Below are positions 1-8,122 of a stretch of DNA of 64,000 bases, piece by piece. The DNA comes from a virus. The translations under genes and the position numbers were made by a program. Position 1 is the first letter of the stretch; each line of letters begins with the position of its first letter. The notes below the pieces were generated by a model. The model did no database searches, was not told the origin of the DNA, and saw nothing but the letters and a program-made list of their open reading frames with translations. The stretch lies in IMG/VR virus record IMGVR_UViG_3300042397_000787. One strand, given 5' to 3'.

Positions 1-538
1 TGCTCGTTCACATAGATTTGAAGTGCAAATAATTCCACCAGCAGAGTTGATGGGCGACGACGGTAAAAGAGTGCCAGGCGGACAAAGAATGGCCACACAC
101 TTAACATCTGCCGGTCGTTCAGCCAATCATCTGTCTCTATTTGTAGAAGATGCTATGATTCCAGGAATACTCCTTGGAACTAGACCAGTTAGAATCAACA
201 ATTTAAATGAACAACGTGCCAGCGCAATTGATTTTGGTGGAGACTCAATTACCTTTACGTTTTTAGTTGATGCGACATGGGCAGCAAAAGACTTTTTCGG
301 AGATTGGATGCGCGGAATTATCAATAAGAGAACCCGTGAAATTGCTTTCCCGAACAAATATTATGGCGGCATGATAGTAACTGCCTTGAATAATAAAGAT
401 GAAGTCGTTGCCAAATGGGAAATAGAAGATGTATTTCCAAGATCGATTGCACCCATTCAAATGTCTAATAGTAACACACAGCCTATTAGATTACCAGTGA
501 CATTTACATATAAAAGATGGTTTGTAATACCAGTTTAA
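1..538 (+). CDS. gp54: T4 gp54-like baseplate-tail tube initiator (5'-truncated by window edge)
   Basis: Frame is open from base 2 (ARSHRFEVQII...). Tail-tube-like C-terminus 'FPRSIAPIQMS...LPVTFTYKRW'. Lies next to gp26/gp51. Confidence 0.7.
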   Translation, partial: ARSHRFEVQIIPPAELMGDDGKRVPGGQRMATHLTSAGRSANHLSLFVEDAMIPGILLGTRPVRINNLNEQRASAIDFGGDSITFTFLVDATWAAKDFFGDWMRGIINKRTREIAFPNKYYGGMIVTALNNKDEVVAKWEIEDVFPRSIAPIQMSNSNTQPIRLPVTFTYKRWFVIPV

Positions 539-556
539 TTAATGAAGGACTAAATT

Positions 557-1243
557 ATGCCGTTGCCAACTATGACTACTCCGACTTTCAGAGTAAAGTT
601 GCATTCTTTATCAAATGAAATTGAGTTTCGCCCCTTTCTCGTAAAAGAGGAAAAGATACTTATCTTGGCTCAAGAATCCAACGAGCCAAAAGAGATGATA
701 AAGGCTATGCAAGATATTGTTACATCTTGCTCTAATGGAAATGTGCAGGGCAGAGACTTGCCGTTTTTTGATCTACAGTATGCATTTATTCAATTACGCT
801 CCCAGTCTATTGGCAGTGTCACTGATTTCGTTTTGATTTGCGGTGAATGTGGACACAAGACTGAGACTACATTAGATTTGAATTCGTTGACAATCGATTT
901 TCCCGAAAATCATACGAATAAGATAATGCTTTCAGATGCCGTTGGCGTGATTATGAAATATCCAAAGGCAGAAATTTTAGTCGATGATGAAACTCCAGCA
1001 TTCAATCTTGTCGTAGCGTGTATAGATAAAATCTTCGACCAAGACGAAATCTACAACGCAGAGGATGAAGGTCCAGAAGAAGTAGAAAAGTTTATTAACA
1101 GTCTTTCGACACAGCAGTTTGAAAAGATAGTAGAATTTTTCCAGACTTCACCAAGACTTGAAAAGACAATTGATTATACATGTGTTAAATGTGAAACAGA
1201 AAATACGGTATTAATAGACGGTGTAGAAAATTTTTTCGAATAA
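557..1243 (+). CDS. gp26: T4 gp26-like baseplate hub assembly protein
   Basis: MPLP..., FRPFLVKEEKILILA, LRSQSIG, two CxxC pairs, terminal 'GVENFF' typical of gp26. Confidence 0.9.
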   Translation: MPLPTMTTPTFRVKLHSLSNEIEFRPFLVKEEKILILAQESNEPKEMIKAMQDIVTSCSNGNVQGRDLPFFDLQYAFIQLRSQSIGSVTDFVLICGECGHKTETTLDLNSLTIDFPENHTNKIMLSDAVGVIMKYPKAEILVDDETPAFNLVVACIDKIFDQDEIYNAEDEGPEEVEKFINSLSTQQFEKIVEFFQTSPRLEKTIDYTCVKCETENTVLIDGVENFFE

Positions 1244-1263
1244 CCCTTTCTCATGATAATTTG

Positions 1264-1419
1264 ATGAATCATTATAAGACAAACTTTATTTTAATGCAAG
1301 AACACAAATACAGTCTGTCAGAACTTGAAAATATGATGCCATGGGAAAGGGAAGTTTACATTGGATTGTTGATGACCCACTTGAAGAAAAAAGCAGAACA
1401 GAACCAACAGGATTATTAA
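1264..1419 (+). CDS. gp51: T4 gp51-like baseplate hub assembly catalyst (not in ORF track, 51 aa)
   Basis: Hand translation MNHYKTNFILMQEHKYSLSELENMMPWEREVYIGLL...; LENMMPWERE is the gp51 signature. Confidence 0.85.
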   Translation: MNHYKTNFILMQEHKYSLSELENMMPWEREVYIGLLMTHLKKKAEQNQQDY

Positions 1420-1422
1420 GAA

Positions 1423-3792
1423 ATGGCCAGTAACTTACAAGGACTATCAGATAGACTACAGACTGCCCCTAATAATGGGCCAGATCCTGTTGTCGACCGT
1501 CTGGATGAGGTTATAGGTCAAGCAAAAGACATCAAAAAATTATTGAGTTCGTCTGGTTCTGGCGTGGGGAAAGAAACTCAATTAGAAAAAATTAAGGAAA
1601 CTACGAATCCTTTTTCAGTGACTACTGTGGATGGCGAAAAAGCTGCTAAGATTTTATCCGCTGCCACAGAAAACATAAGCAAAGACTTAGAACAGTATAC
1701 CGACGAAGAACGTAAAATGCTGACCGAACTTGTCAAAGAAATTGGTAAGTTGACAGAAAAGAATCTAGAAGGATTCAATAAAGGTATCAAAGAGGTGCTT
1801 GCTCTTGCTAAAAAGGGACAAGCCGTTGCACAGGCTTCAGGTAATACAGACGCCGCAACTAGATTTGCGAATGCCGGAAAGGCAGCTAAAGAGCAATATT
1901 TTCAAGCAAATGATATGGGTCTTAAAGGAAAAGAAGACACATTTAGAAATCGCTTGAAGCGTGCCGTTAGTGGCAAAGACACGACAACGGGTACTGCAAT
2001 TCCAAAAGGATTTGTAAAAACTCAGCTTGAAGGTGCAAAAAGAGTCTTCACCGGAAAGCCCGGTGATATGAGATATGACCTGTTCACTTCTGATAAAAAG
2101 AAAAGAGCCGAAGCCAGAGATAGTATGGGATTGGCCCAAGAAGCGGAAAAATTAACTGATCTGACTACAGAACAGAAGAAACTACTGGCCGATAGAGGAA
2201 TAGCGCCTGCTTCTGAAAAAGATATATCATATCGTAGAGAGGGGAAACCAGTATCAAAAGATACTATTAATGCCGAACTTCAAAAAGATTACGATGAGAA
2301 AAAGGGTGCATCGGTTATTCTACCAGATAAACCAACTACAGGAGCAGTAGCGGCTGGCATCGAATCTAATGTAGCACAACCTACAAGCGAACTACAAGAA
2401 GATGCGGCTGGAATGTCAGAGAGCCCGGTTGTAGATGCTATCCAAGAAAATACGAAAAAGCTAGACGAAATATCTGATACATTCAAAGAAGCAAATGAAT
2501 TATTCTCTGCAATAAAAGATACGATAGAAAAGATTGCTCAATCGATTGAGAATTCTGGTGGCTCAGATGGACCAGGTGGCGGTGGACCCGTAATCGATAT
2601 CGATTTACCTAGCCGTAGAAATCGCGGCGGAAATATTCCTAATGCTCCAGATGGTAGCAAGAAGTCTAGATCAGAAAGAGCTAGAAGTCAACCGAGAGAT
2701 GCCAAGGGTAGATTTGTTAGAAAAACACCAGCAGTTTCTCCCGGTAGAACGCCTGGTAGGGGCAGAGGTATGCTTGGTGCATTAGCATTAGGCGCTGGTG
2801 CTCTCGGCGCGGGGGCATTGTTTGCGGGTAACGATAATGATGGCGGTGAAAACTTAGCCGGAAATAATGCCACAAATATTGCTGCCAACACTGCAATGGT
2901 GGCAGCCGATCTTGCTCCTATGTCCGGAGATACAGCAAAGCCTGTTACTAAAGCGGGTGAAAAGGCTGCTACTAAAGCGGGTGAAAAGGCTGCTACTAAA
3001 GCGGGAGAAAAGACTGCTACTAAAGCGGGTGAAAAGGCTGCTACTAAAGCTGGTCAAAAGGGTGCAGTTAAAGCCGGAGAAAAAGTTGCGTCTAAGGGTG
3101 TAGCTAAAGTTGGCGCGAAAGCAGTTGGCAAATCGCTATTGAAGAAAATCCCAGGTGTTGGTCTTGTTGCTGGTGGTGTATTTGCTGCCCAACGAGCTAT
3201 GGCTGGTGACTGGACAGGCGCAGGCCTAGAATTAGCATCGGGTGCAGCGGGAACTATTCCTGGTGTTGGAACAGCCGCTTCTGTCGGCTTAGATGCTGCA
3301 CTGGCTGCTAGAGATATGGGCGCCTTGGGTGGCACACCAGAAACACGTGCCGCAGAAGCCGCACAAAGTGGCCAAGCACCAAAGGCGGCAACACAACCAA
3401 AACAAACAGCTAAAGTCCAGGGTAAGCCAGGCGGCGGCATATTCAGCAAAGCAGCTGGATTTATGAAAAGAAATCCACTAATGACTGCGGTTGGTTTAGG
3501 TGGAGTCGGCCTTGCCGCTGTTGGTGCAAAGAAGGCTTACGATTACATGAGCGGTGGCGGAGAAGAAGCTAAAGTCCAGTCAGGACAAAATCCTGATAGC
3601 GGCATCTTAGAAAAGGGGTCGGAACAGGCTAAAGACCAAATGAAAGTCAATGTTCCGCCTCCAACAATCATCAATCAAGGTGGTGGCGGGGGCGGCGCAT
3701 CGCAAAGCTCCCCGGTACCAAATACTAAAACTTATGTTAGAGATGATGAGAGCAGTTGGATGAGATTTGCTCTAAAACGAGCAATGGCATAA
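1423..3792 (+). CDS. Probable tape-measure / baseplate hub protein
   Basis: 789 aa, helical and Ala/Gly-rich, with hydrophobic segments (KKIPGVGLVAGG...); directly follows gp26/gp51. Confidence 0.55.
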   Translation: MASNLQGLSDRLQTAPNNGPDPVVDRLDEVIGQAKDIKKLLSSSGSGVGKETQLEKIKETTNPFSVTTVDGEKAAKILSAATENISKDLEQYTDEERKMLTELVKEIGKLTEKNLEGFNKGIKEVLALAKKGQAVAQASGNTDAATRFANAGKAAKEQYFQANDMGLKGKEDTFRNRLKRAVSGKDTTTGTAIPKGFVKTQLEGAKRVFTGKPGDMRYDLFTSDKKKRAEARDSMGLAQEAEKLTDLTTEQKKLLADRGIAPASEKDISYRREGKPVSKDTINAELQKDYDEKKGASVILPDKPTTGAVAAGIESNVAQPTSELQEDAAGMSESPVVDAIQENTKKLDEISDTFKEANELFSAIKDTIEKIAQSIENSGGSDGPGGGGPVIDIDLPSRRNRGGNIPNAPDGSKKSRSERARSQPRDAKGRFVRKTPAVSPGRTPGRGRGMLGALALGAGALGAGALFAGNDNDGGENLAGNNATNIAANTAMVAADLAPMSGDTAKPVTKAGEKAATKAGEKAATKAGEKTATKAGEKAATKAGQKGAVKAGEKVASKGVAKVGAKAVGKSLLKKIPGVGLVAGGVFAAQRAMAGDWTGAGLELASGAAGTIPGVGTAASVGLDAALAARDMGALGGTPETRAAEAAQSGQAPKAATQPKQTAKVQGKPGGGIFSKAAGFMKRNPLMTAVGLGGVGLAAVGAKKAYDYMSGGGEEAKVQSGQNPDSGILEKGSEQAKDQMKVNVPPPTIINQGGGGGGASQSSPVPNTKTYVRDDESSWMRFALKRAMA
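2947..3084 (+). repeat. 24-bp coding tandem repeat (TKAGEKAA, ~5-6 copies)
   Basis: Unit actaaagcgggtgaaaaggctgct repeated, degenerating towards the 3' end. Confidence 0.9.
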
Positions 3793-3825
3793 AAAAGGGG
3801 CGCTTAGAGCGCCCCTTTCTCTTTT
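3791..3825. terminator. Bidirectional intrinsic terminator
   Basis: aaaaaa-ggggcgc-ttaga-gcgcccc-tttctctttt between convergent genes. Confidence 0.85.
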
Positions 3826-4741
3826 AGTCGTCCGCAAGACTTGCGAAGTAACTCATATTATCATCACTCTTTTCATCATTCCAAGGTGGAGTTTCTTCGG
3901 TTGCCTTAGCAGCCGTCTTCATCTTGGTTTCAACGAAGAGTTCATCCTCTGCATCAAGCGGATTTACCTTCTCTGCGGTAGGCACACGAGTACCACTACC
4001 AAGAACAGTATTCAGCTTGGTCTTGAGTTCATCATAAGACTTGAAGTTTGAGGGATCAAGAAAAGCGGCAAGTGAATGCGTCTGCTTCCAGATTGCTTCT
4101 AGCTTATCCTCATTTTCATCAAGTGGCGTATTACCATCAAATTCTGACTTATCGTAGTTACGATAGCCTTCTACCTGACGAATACGGAGCTTGAAGTTGG
4201 CACCTTCCCAAAGATCAAACGGATTAACCGGCTTCTCATCTTCAAAAGTAGGCTGCATTACGTCCTTGATCTTGTCGAAAATCTTCTTACCATACTTATA
4301 GAGAAAGACTTTACCTTCGTTCTCAGGGTTCGATGGGTCCTTAACAACAAGAACGTTAGAGATATAAGACAAGCGGCGCTTCTGCTTACGAGCGATTTCC
4401 TTATTGGCTTCGATACCCGAATTCCAGAGTTCTGAATTGAGTTCACCAAGAGGATCTGGCTTGTTAATAGTGGTCAACGAGTTTTCGATGTACCACTTTC
4501 CGGTCGGACCTTGAAAGCCGTGATCATACACGCGAACCCAGGGAAGTTCTTCGCCTGGAGGAGCAGGAAGAAAACGAAGAACAGCCTGGCCATTGCCAGC
4601 CTTATCTACTGAAGGCTTCCATAAGCGATCATCATCGCCGCGCTTTTCGTTTGTGGGATTTGCAATCTTTTCGACTTCTTTCATAAGTGAGTCGAAGTTG
4701 CCACGGTTCTTACGGAGTTCCGAGAGAGAATTAAAAGACAT
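3824..4741 (-). CDS. gp32: Single-stranded DNA-binding protein gp32
   Basis: DKAGNGQAVLRFLPAP, HGFQGPTGKWYIENS, YKYGKKIFDKI, NYDKSEF, acidic tail. Confidence 0.97.
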   Translation of the reverse strand: MSFNSLSELRKNRGNFDSLMKEVEKIANPTNEKRGDDDRLWKPSVDKAGNGQAVLRFLPAPPGEELPWVRVYDHGFQGPTGKWYIENSLTTINKPDPLGELNSELWNSGIEANKEIARKQKRRLSYISNVLVVKDPSNPENEGKVFLYKYGKKIFDKIKDVMQPTFEDEKPVNPFDLWEGANFKLRIRQVEGYRNYDKSEFDGNTPLDENEDKLEAIWKQTHSLAAFLDPSNFKSYDELKTKLNTVLGSGTRVPTAEKVNPLDAEDELFVETKMKTAAKATEETPPWNDEKSDDNMSYFASLADD

Positions 4742-4800
4742 ATTTGTATTCCTTACTTTGCGTTATATTGCGTTGTATTGCGTTAATATTTGCGTTGTGT
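4742..4800 (-). promoter_or_regulatory. Unstructured repeated leader upstream of gp32 (candidate autogenous translational operator)
   Basis: Four AACGCAA repeats in A-rich sequence before the AAGGA RBS. Confidence 0.55.
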
Positions 4801-4950
4801 ATCATAATCATCATAGTCATCGAAATCTTCTTCTTGACTACCAGAGTATTTATACAGGTTTTTGCGGTGCTTACTGGATTTGTCCACACCTTTACGAACT
4901 TCTTTGACACGAGGTTCGTAATCGAAGTCTCTACGCTTAGAATGACTCAT
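4783..4950 (-). CDS. Small hypothetical protein (55 aa, basic N-terminus, acidic C-terminus; not in ORF track)
   Basis: MSHSKRRDFDYEPRVKEV...DDYDDYDTQRKY; ATG abuts the gp59 stop. Confidence 0.6.
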   Translation of the reverse strand: MSHSKRRDFDYEPRVKEVRKGVDKSSKHRKNLYKYSGSQEEDFDDYDDYDTQRKY

Positions 4951-5541
4951 TTAACAGACCACTTGGCCTTTCTCCTTGATCCATAGTTGAGAGAATTTGT
5001 CTTTATCAAACTTGACAAAGACGCGGTACTTTGTTATCAAACGAGATACATCTTTCCATATAAAATCATTTGCTAACACAGTATTATTACTATACACGAA
5101 ATTAAACAATTTGTCAAGAATAATTAGGGTTTCAAGACTAATTTTTTTACCAAGGTATAGTTTTAATGCTAAGGGATGTTGGCCATCACTAATCAATGGA
5201 TCAACATTTGCTTTTTCAGCCTCTAACATAAGTGTAGAAATATCTTGGGTGAACAGATATGTCAACTTCTCTTTTCTAGCCTTCCAGTCCCGATATACGT
5301 TATCACTTTCGGCATCAAATAAACCATTATGTCCATTGACAAAGTTAGCAACGAAATAATCTACCATCTCAGTAAAGATAAATCGTTTCGCCAACTTGCG
5401 AAACAATAGAACATCCTTACGTTTAAGAAATGTTTCTCTCTTACACCTGACACCCGATTTCGTTTTTGTGATATCGTAATCATCAGAAGTAAAATGAAGT
5501 TTGAGTGACATGTAGACACGATAAACTTCGAAAGAGTCCAT
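4951..5541 (-). CDS. gp59: Helicase loader gp59
   Basis: YMSLKLHFTS..YD, FLKRKD, YFVANF, ISLETLIILD; synteny gp33-gp59-gp32. Confidence 0.93.
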   Translation of the reverse strand: MDSFEVYRVYMSLKLHFTSDDYDITKTKSGVRCKRETFLKRKDVLLFRKLAKRFIFTEMVDYFVANFVNGHNGLFDAESDNVYRDWKARKEKLTYLFTQDISTLMLEAEKANVDPLISDGQHPLALKLYLGKKISLETLIILDKLFNFVYSNNTVLANDFIWKDVSRLITKYRVFVKFDKDKFSQLWIKEKGQVVC

Positions 5542-5831
5542 TAGAAGGGTAGCTTTCCATCCTTGCGCTTCAACATATTTAGTTCTTCTGCTTCCGCACG
5601 AATCTTTTCCTTAAGTGAAGTTGTCAATAGAACCGATGCCGATTCCATTTCAATATCATTCTTCACGCAATAATCAACTAGCAAGTCCATACACGGTAGA
5701 CCTGTTGTCGATGCTTGCTTCTCAATAAATTGAGAAAACTCAGTAGAAGTTCTAAACTTCTTCGTAATCAGAAATTCGTTGCTGACTTCATCTACCACTT
5801 GAAAATCCTCGACCATAAAATTGTGTTCCAC
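5541..5831 (-). CDS. gp33: Late transcription coactivator gp33 (start may be 5816)
   Basis: DYCVKNDIEMES..L...LKEKIRAEAEELNML...KLPF. Confidence 0.9.
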   Translation of the reverse strand: MEHNFMVEDFQVVDEVSNEFLITKKFRTSTEFSQFIEKQASTTGLPCMDLLVDYCVKNDIEMESASVLLTTSLKEKIRAEAEELNMLKRKDGKLPF

Positions 5832-6333
5832 TCATTTCATTTTTATCAAAAAGATACCAACAAGCATTGTCCTTGCCAGTAAACTTACTATCTTCAATCC
5901 ACTTTACTCTACCTATGGCCACAACCTTACTACAATATTGTAGATAGGGTATTGCTTGTTTAGTATGCATCCAATCAGCATCAAAGAGAAGCCATGTAGG
6001 ACGAATACTAGCAAACCTATCAATCAATGGATGAAGTATCCATCGCGACCAAGGCGGATTAGTTATAATATAGCTGGTATTTGCGGGAATGTCAACAGTT
6101 AATGCATCATATTTTTCAATAGACGGGTCTTTAGGATCAATATCAGAAACCAAAGTAGCTACTGCATTACTATCTGTTAAGGTGTCTATATGCCTACAGA
6201 GTCTACCGTCGCCGGCACAAGGCTCAGCGAAGGTAAACTCCGAGGGAAGAAAGGGTAAGAGAGGCTTTACTGCATCCAACGGAGTCGGATAGAAGTCGTT
6301 CTTACGATGTTCAAAGTTACTTCTCTTACCCAT
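5788..6333 (-). CDS. DNA amino-methyltransferase (N6-adenine type)
   Basis: DFYPTP, EPCAGDG SAM-binding motif, ITNPPW catalytic motif. Confidence 0.8.
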   Translation of the reverse strand: MGKRSNFEHRKNDFYPTPLDAVKPLLPFLPSEFTFAEPCAGDGRLCRHIDTLTDSNAVATLVSDIDPKDPSIEKYDALTVDIPANTSYIITNPPWSRWILHPLIDRFASIRPTWLLFDADWMHTKQAIPYLQYCSKVVAIGRVKWIEDSKFTGKDNACWYLFDKNEMSGTQFYGRGFSSGR

Positions 6334-6336
6334 TCT

Positions 6337-6942
6337 TTATCCTGCATAAAATATATGATCACCAATTTTAGCTACTCTACGAAGATTCCAACCTGGACTT
6401 ACATAGTCGGCATGATAGAATAGAACATTTTTTCCTAATACGCCATGATTAGCCCCAGCGAACAATACCTTCTCAGCAACTTTCTTTGACTCAGCATATT
6501 GTTGCGCACTGCGGACACTCTTCTTTCCTTCGCATACCCATGAGAACTGACACACACGTTTTGTTCTCTGGTATACAACGGAGCATACGGATTTAGGAAA
6601 CTTGGGGCTATTTACCCGATTGATAGTGACAGCAGCAACGGCCAATTTGCCTTGAGTAGACTGGTTACCAGCCTCATAATAGATATTGTCTGCGAGACAC
6701 TTCAATTCTCTGTTATTTGCCAGACGAATATTTTGTGTCTGGATTCTTTGTTGTGTTACTTTACGTTGTTGTTCTTGGGCATCTTCTTTGATGTCCTGAA
6801 TTACTTCTCCGACGCCGAGGGAATATTCCCTTGCTTCTCTTTCGATGGCAGTTTCAGCATATGAATTAATTCCATATAAACTATAACTTAATAGTGTAAT
6901 AATCGAAAGAAACTTGAAAAACTTCTTATTAAAGGAAGTCAT
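6337..6942 (-). CDS. Cell wall hydrolase (SleB/Hydrolase_2 family) with N-terminal signal/TM segment
   Basis: CLADNIYYEA, AVAAVTINRV..FPKSVCSVVYQ, CQFSW, IGDHIFY. Confidence 0.92.
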   Translation of the reverse strand: MTSFNKKFFKFLSIITLLSYSLYGINSYAETAIEREAREYSLGVGEVIQDIKEDAQEQQRKVTQQRIQTQNIRLANNRELKCLADNIYYEAGNQSTQGKLAVAAVTINRVNSPKFPKSVCSVVYQRTKRVCQFSWVCEGKKSVRSAQQYAESKKVAEKVLFAGANHGVLGKNVLFYHADYVSPGWNLRRVAKIGDHIFYAG

Positions 6943-7012
6943 CTTATTTCCATTTTTTTGTTATACTTGAGAGGGTATTAACCAGTGACTCCCCACACTG
7001 ATTGTCCGAAGA

Positions 7013-7062
7013 CAAAAAATAACCCACTGTGCTTGCTGGTGTCAGGTCGCACAATGGGTCAT
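7013..7062 (-). terminator. Hairpin plus U-tract downstream of tmRNA
   Basis: TGACCCATTGTGC...GCACAGTGGGTTA followed by TTTTTT on the minus strand. Confidence 0.6.
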
Positions 7063-7064
7063 AC

Positions 7065-7493
7065 AACTATTTAGCATCCGTAGATTCTTACATCACTCAT
7101 TTCATCGTATAAACCAAACAGGTGATAGTTTTATTCTGTTTCGAGGGAAAACTATCAAAAACCCAATGAGATTATGCGGCTAGCGCATATCCTGCAAAGG
7201 CAACGTTATCGTTTGCATTTACGTTTAGTGGCACTTTGCCAAGCAATCAGTCTCGAACCGCCCTATTACACGAAAATCGAATTCCAAGGTCACCCCCATC
7301 AACAAGAAACTCATCTAGGCAAGTACCGCAGCAAAAATCATCTTCTATTATACGCGCTCTTAAATCTTCTAGGTTAGTATACTGAGAGTCACGTATGTCA
7401 CGACAACTGCAAATTACCATAATTTCCTCTTGGTGGAGGTGCGGGGAGTCGAACCCCGGTCTTTCCGCCTTTATTGTTGATTGTCAACAACTG
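7065..7493 (-). ncRNA. ssrA: tmRNA, circularly permuted two-piece (alphaproteobacterial type); outer ends approximate
   Basis: Acceptor piece with T-arm GGTTCGACTCC and CACCTCCACCA ends at 7431. It lies upstream of the 5' end GGGGGTG (7297), which pairs with CACCTCC including the G3:U Ala determinant. Tag ORF ANDNVAFAGYALAA* at 7216-7172. Confidence 0.93.
7247..7420 (-). CDS. Bfd-like [2Fe-2S] small protein (57 aa) starting in the tmRNA intervening segment (not in ORF track)
   Basis: AGAGGA RBS; MVICSCRDIRD...FCCGTCLDEF matches the C-x-C...C-x2-C pattern of bacterioferritin-associated ferredoxins. Confidence 0.6.
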   Translation of the reverse strand: MVICSCRDIRDSQYTNLEDLRARIIEDDFCCGTCLDEFLVDGGDLGIRFSCNRAVRD

Positions 7494-7499
7494 ATAATC

Positions 7500-7507
7500 T
7501 ATTTATA
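7500..7507 (-). promoter_or_regulatory. T4-type late promoter upstream of tmRNA
   Basis: TATAAATA on the minus strand. Confidence 0.7.
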
Positions 7508-7546
7508 CACTAGTTTGCTTTGGAAGTCAACAGTTTTTTATATTCT

Positions 7547-8113
7547 TCACGCCGCAGCATCGATTACAAATGACCAGAATGATGTGCCAGGGTAGAACGT
7601 AGCAGGTTTACCGAGTTGTTGCTCTAGTCGTTTTACGTTCTCAACTACGTCTGGCCAACCGGGTGGCCACACGACTTCTGGCCAGCCCTCCACATAGTCA
7701 TGGCCGCACAGTAGACCACCACTTTTTAGATTTCTCAGTCCATATTGAATGATATGCCAGTCATTTGGATTAGTGTGTGCGGCATCGACAAAGAATATAT
7801 CTGCAGGGTTGTTTACATATTCCGAGTATTTAAAATACGGACAGGCAGCGCGGATGCTATGAATATTTGGTATATCCTTAGTGTTCTTGTGGAACTCACC
7901 ATGGAAATCTGTGTCTGTCTGCGGGGCATAAAATGTGTCTACACAATATACATTTACAGAGGGATGGCAGGACTTTGCCCATGTATATGCGCTACGTCCG
8001 TAGAGACTGCCGATCTCCATGATGACTCCATTCTCTGGAACCTCATTCGCCCATTTCTCGATTTGATGAAGTTCTTGCTCGGTCATCCAACCGGGAATTT
8101 CTAAATTAACCAT
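7547..8113 (-). CDS. Class I SAM-dependent methyltransferase (Methyltransf_24-like)
   Basis: MEIGSLYGRS, FFVDAAH, GGLLCGHDY. Confidence 0.85.
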   Translation of the reverse strand: MVNLEIPGWMTEQELHQIEKWANEVPENGVIMEIGSLYGRSAYTWAKSCHPSVNVYCVDTFYAPQTDTDFHGEFHKNTKDIPNIHSIRAACPYFKYSEYVNNPADIFFVDAAHTNPNDWHIIQYGLRNLKSGGLLCGHDYVEGWPEVVWPPGWPDVVENVKRLEQQLGKPATFYPGTSFWSFVIDAAA

Positions 8114-8122
8114 TATATTATC

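Noticed and set aside
2854-3103. Alternative-frame repeat ORFs (FSSSLFTR..., LLLKRVKR...)
   Set aside because: Shadows of the 24-bp repeat within the 789-aa gene.
5788-6333. Phage methyltransferases (also 47897..48937) as CcrM orthologs
   Set aside because: Both have the SAM-binding motif before the NPPW/SPPY motif, unlike beta-class CcrM (DPPY first). Specificity cannot be read from sequence.
7431-7461. Isolated tRNA 3' half as an integration (att) remnant
   Set aside because: It pairs with GGGGGTG at 7297 and is explained as the acceptor piece of the permuted tmRNA.
7174-7595. Plus-strand ORFs 7174..7377 and 7395..7595
   Set aside because: Antisense to the tmRNA locus, with no RBS or recognisable motif.
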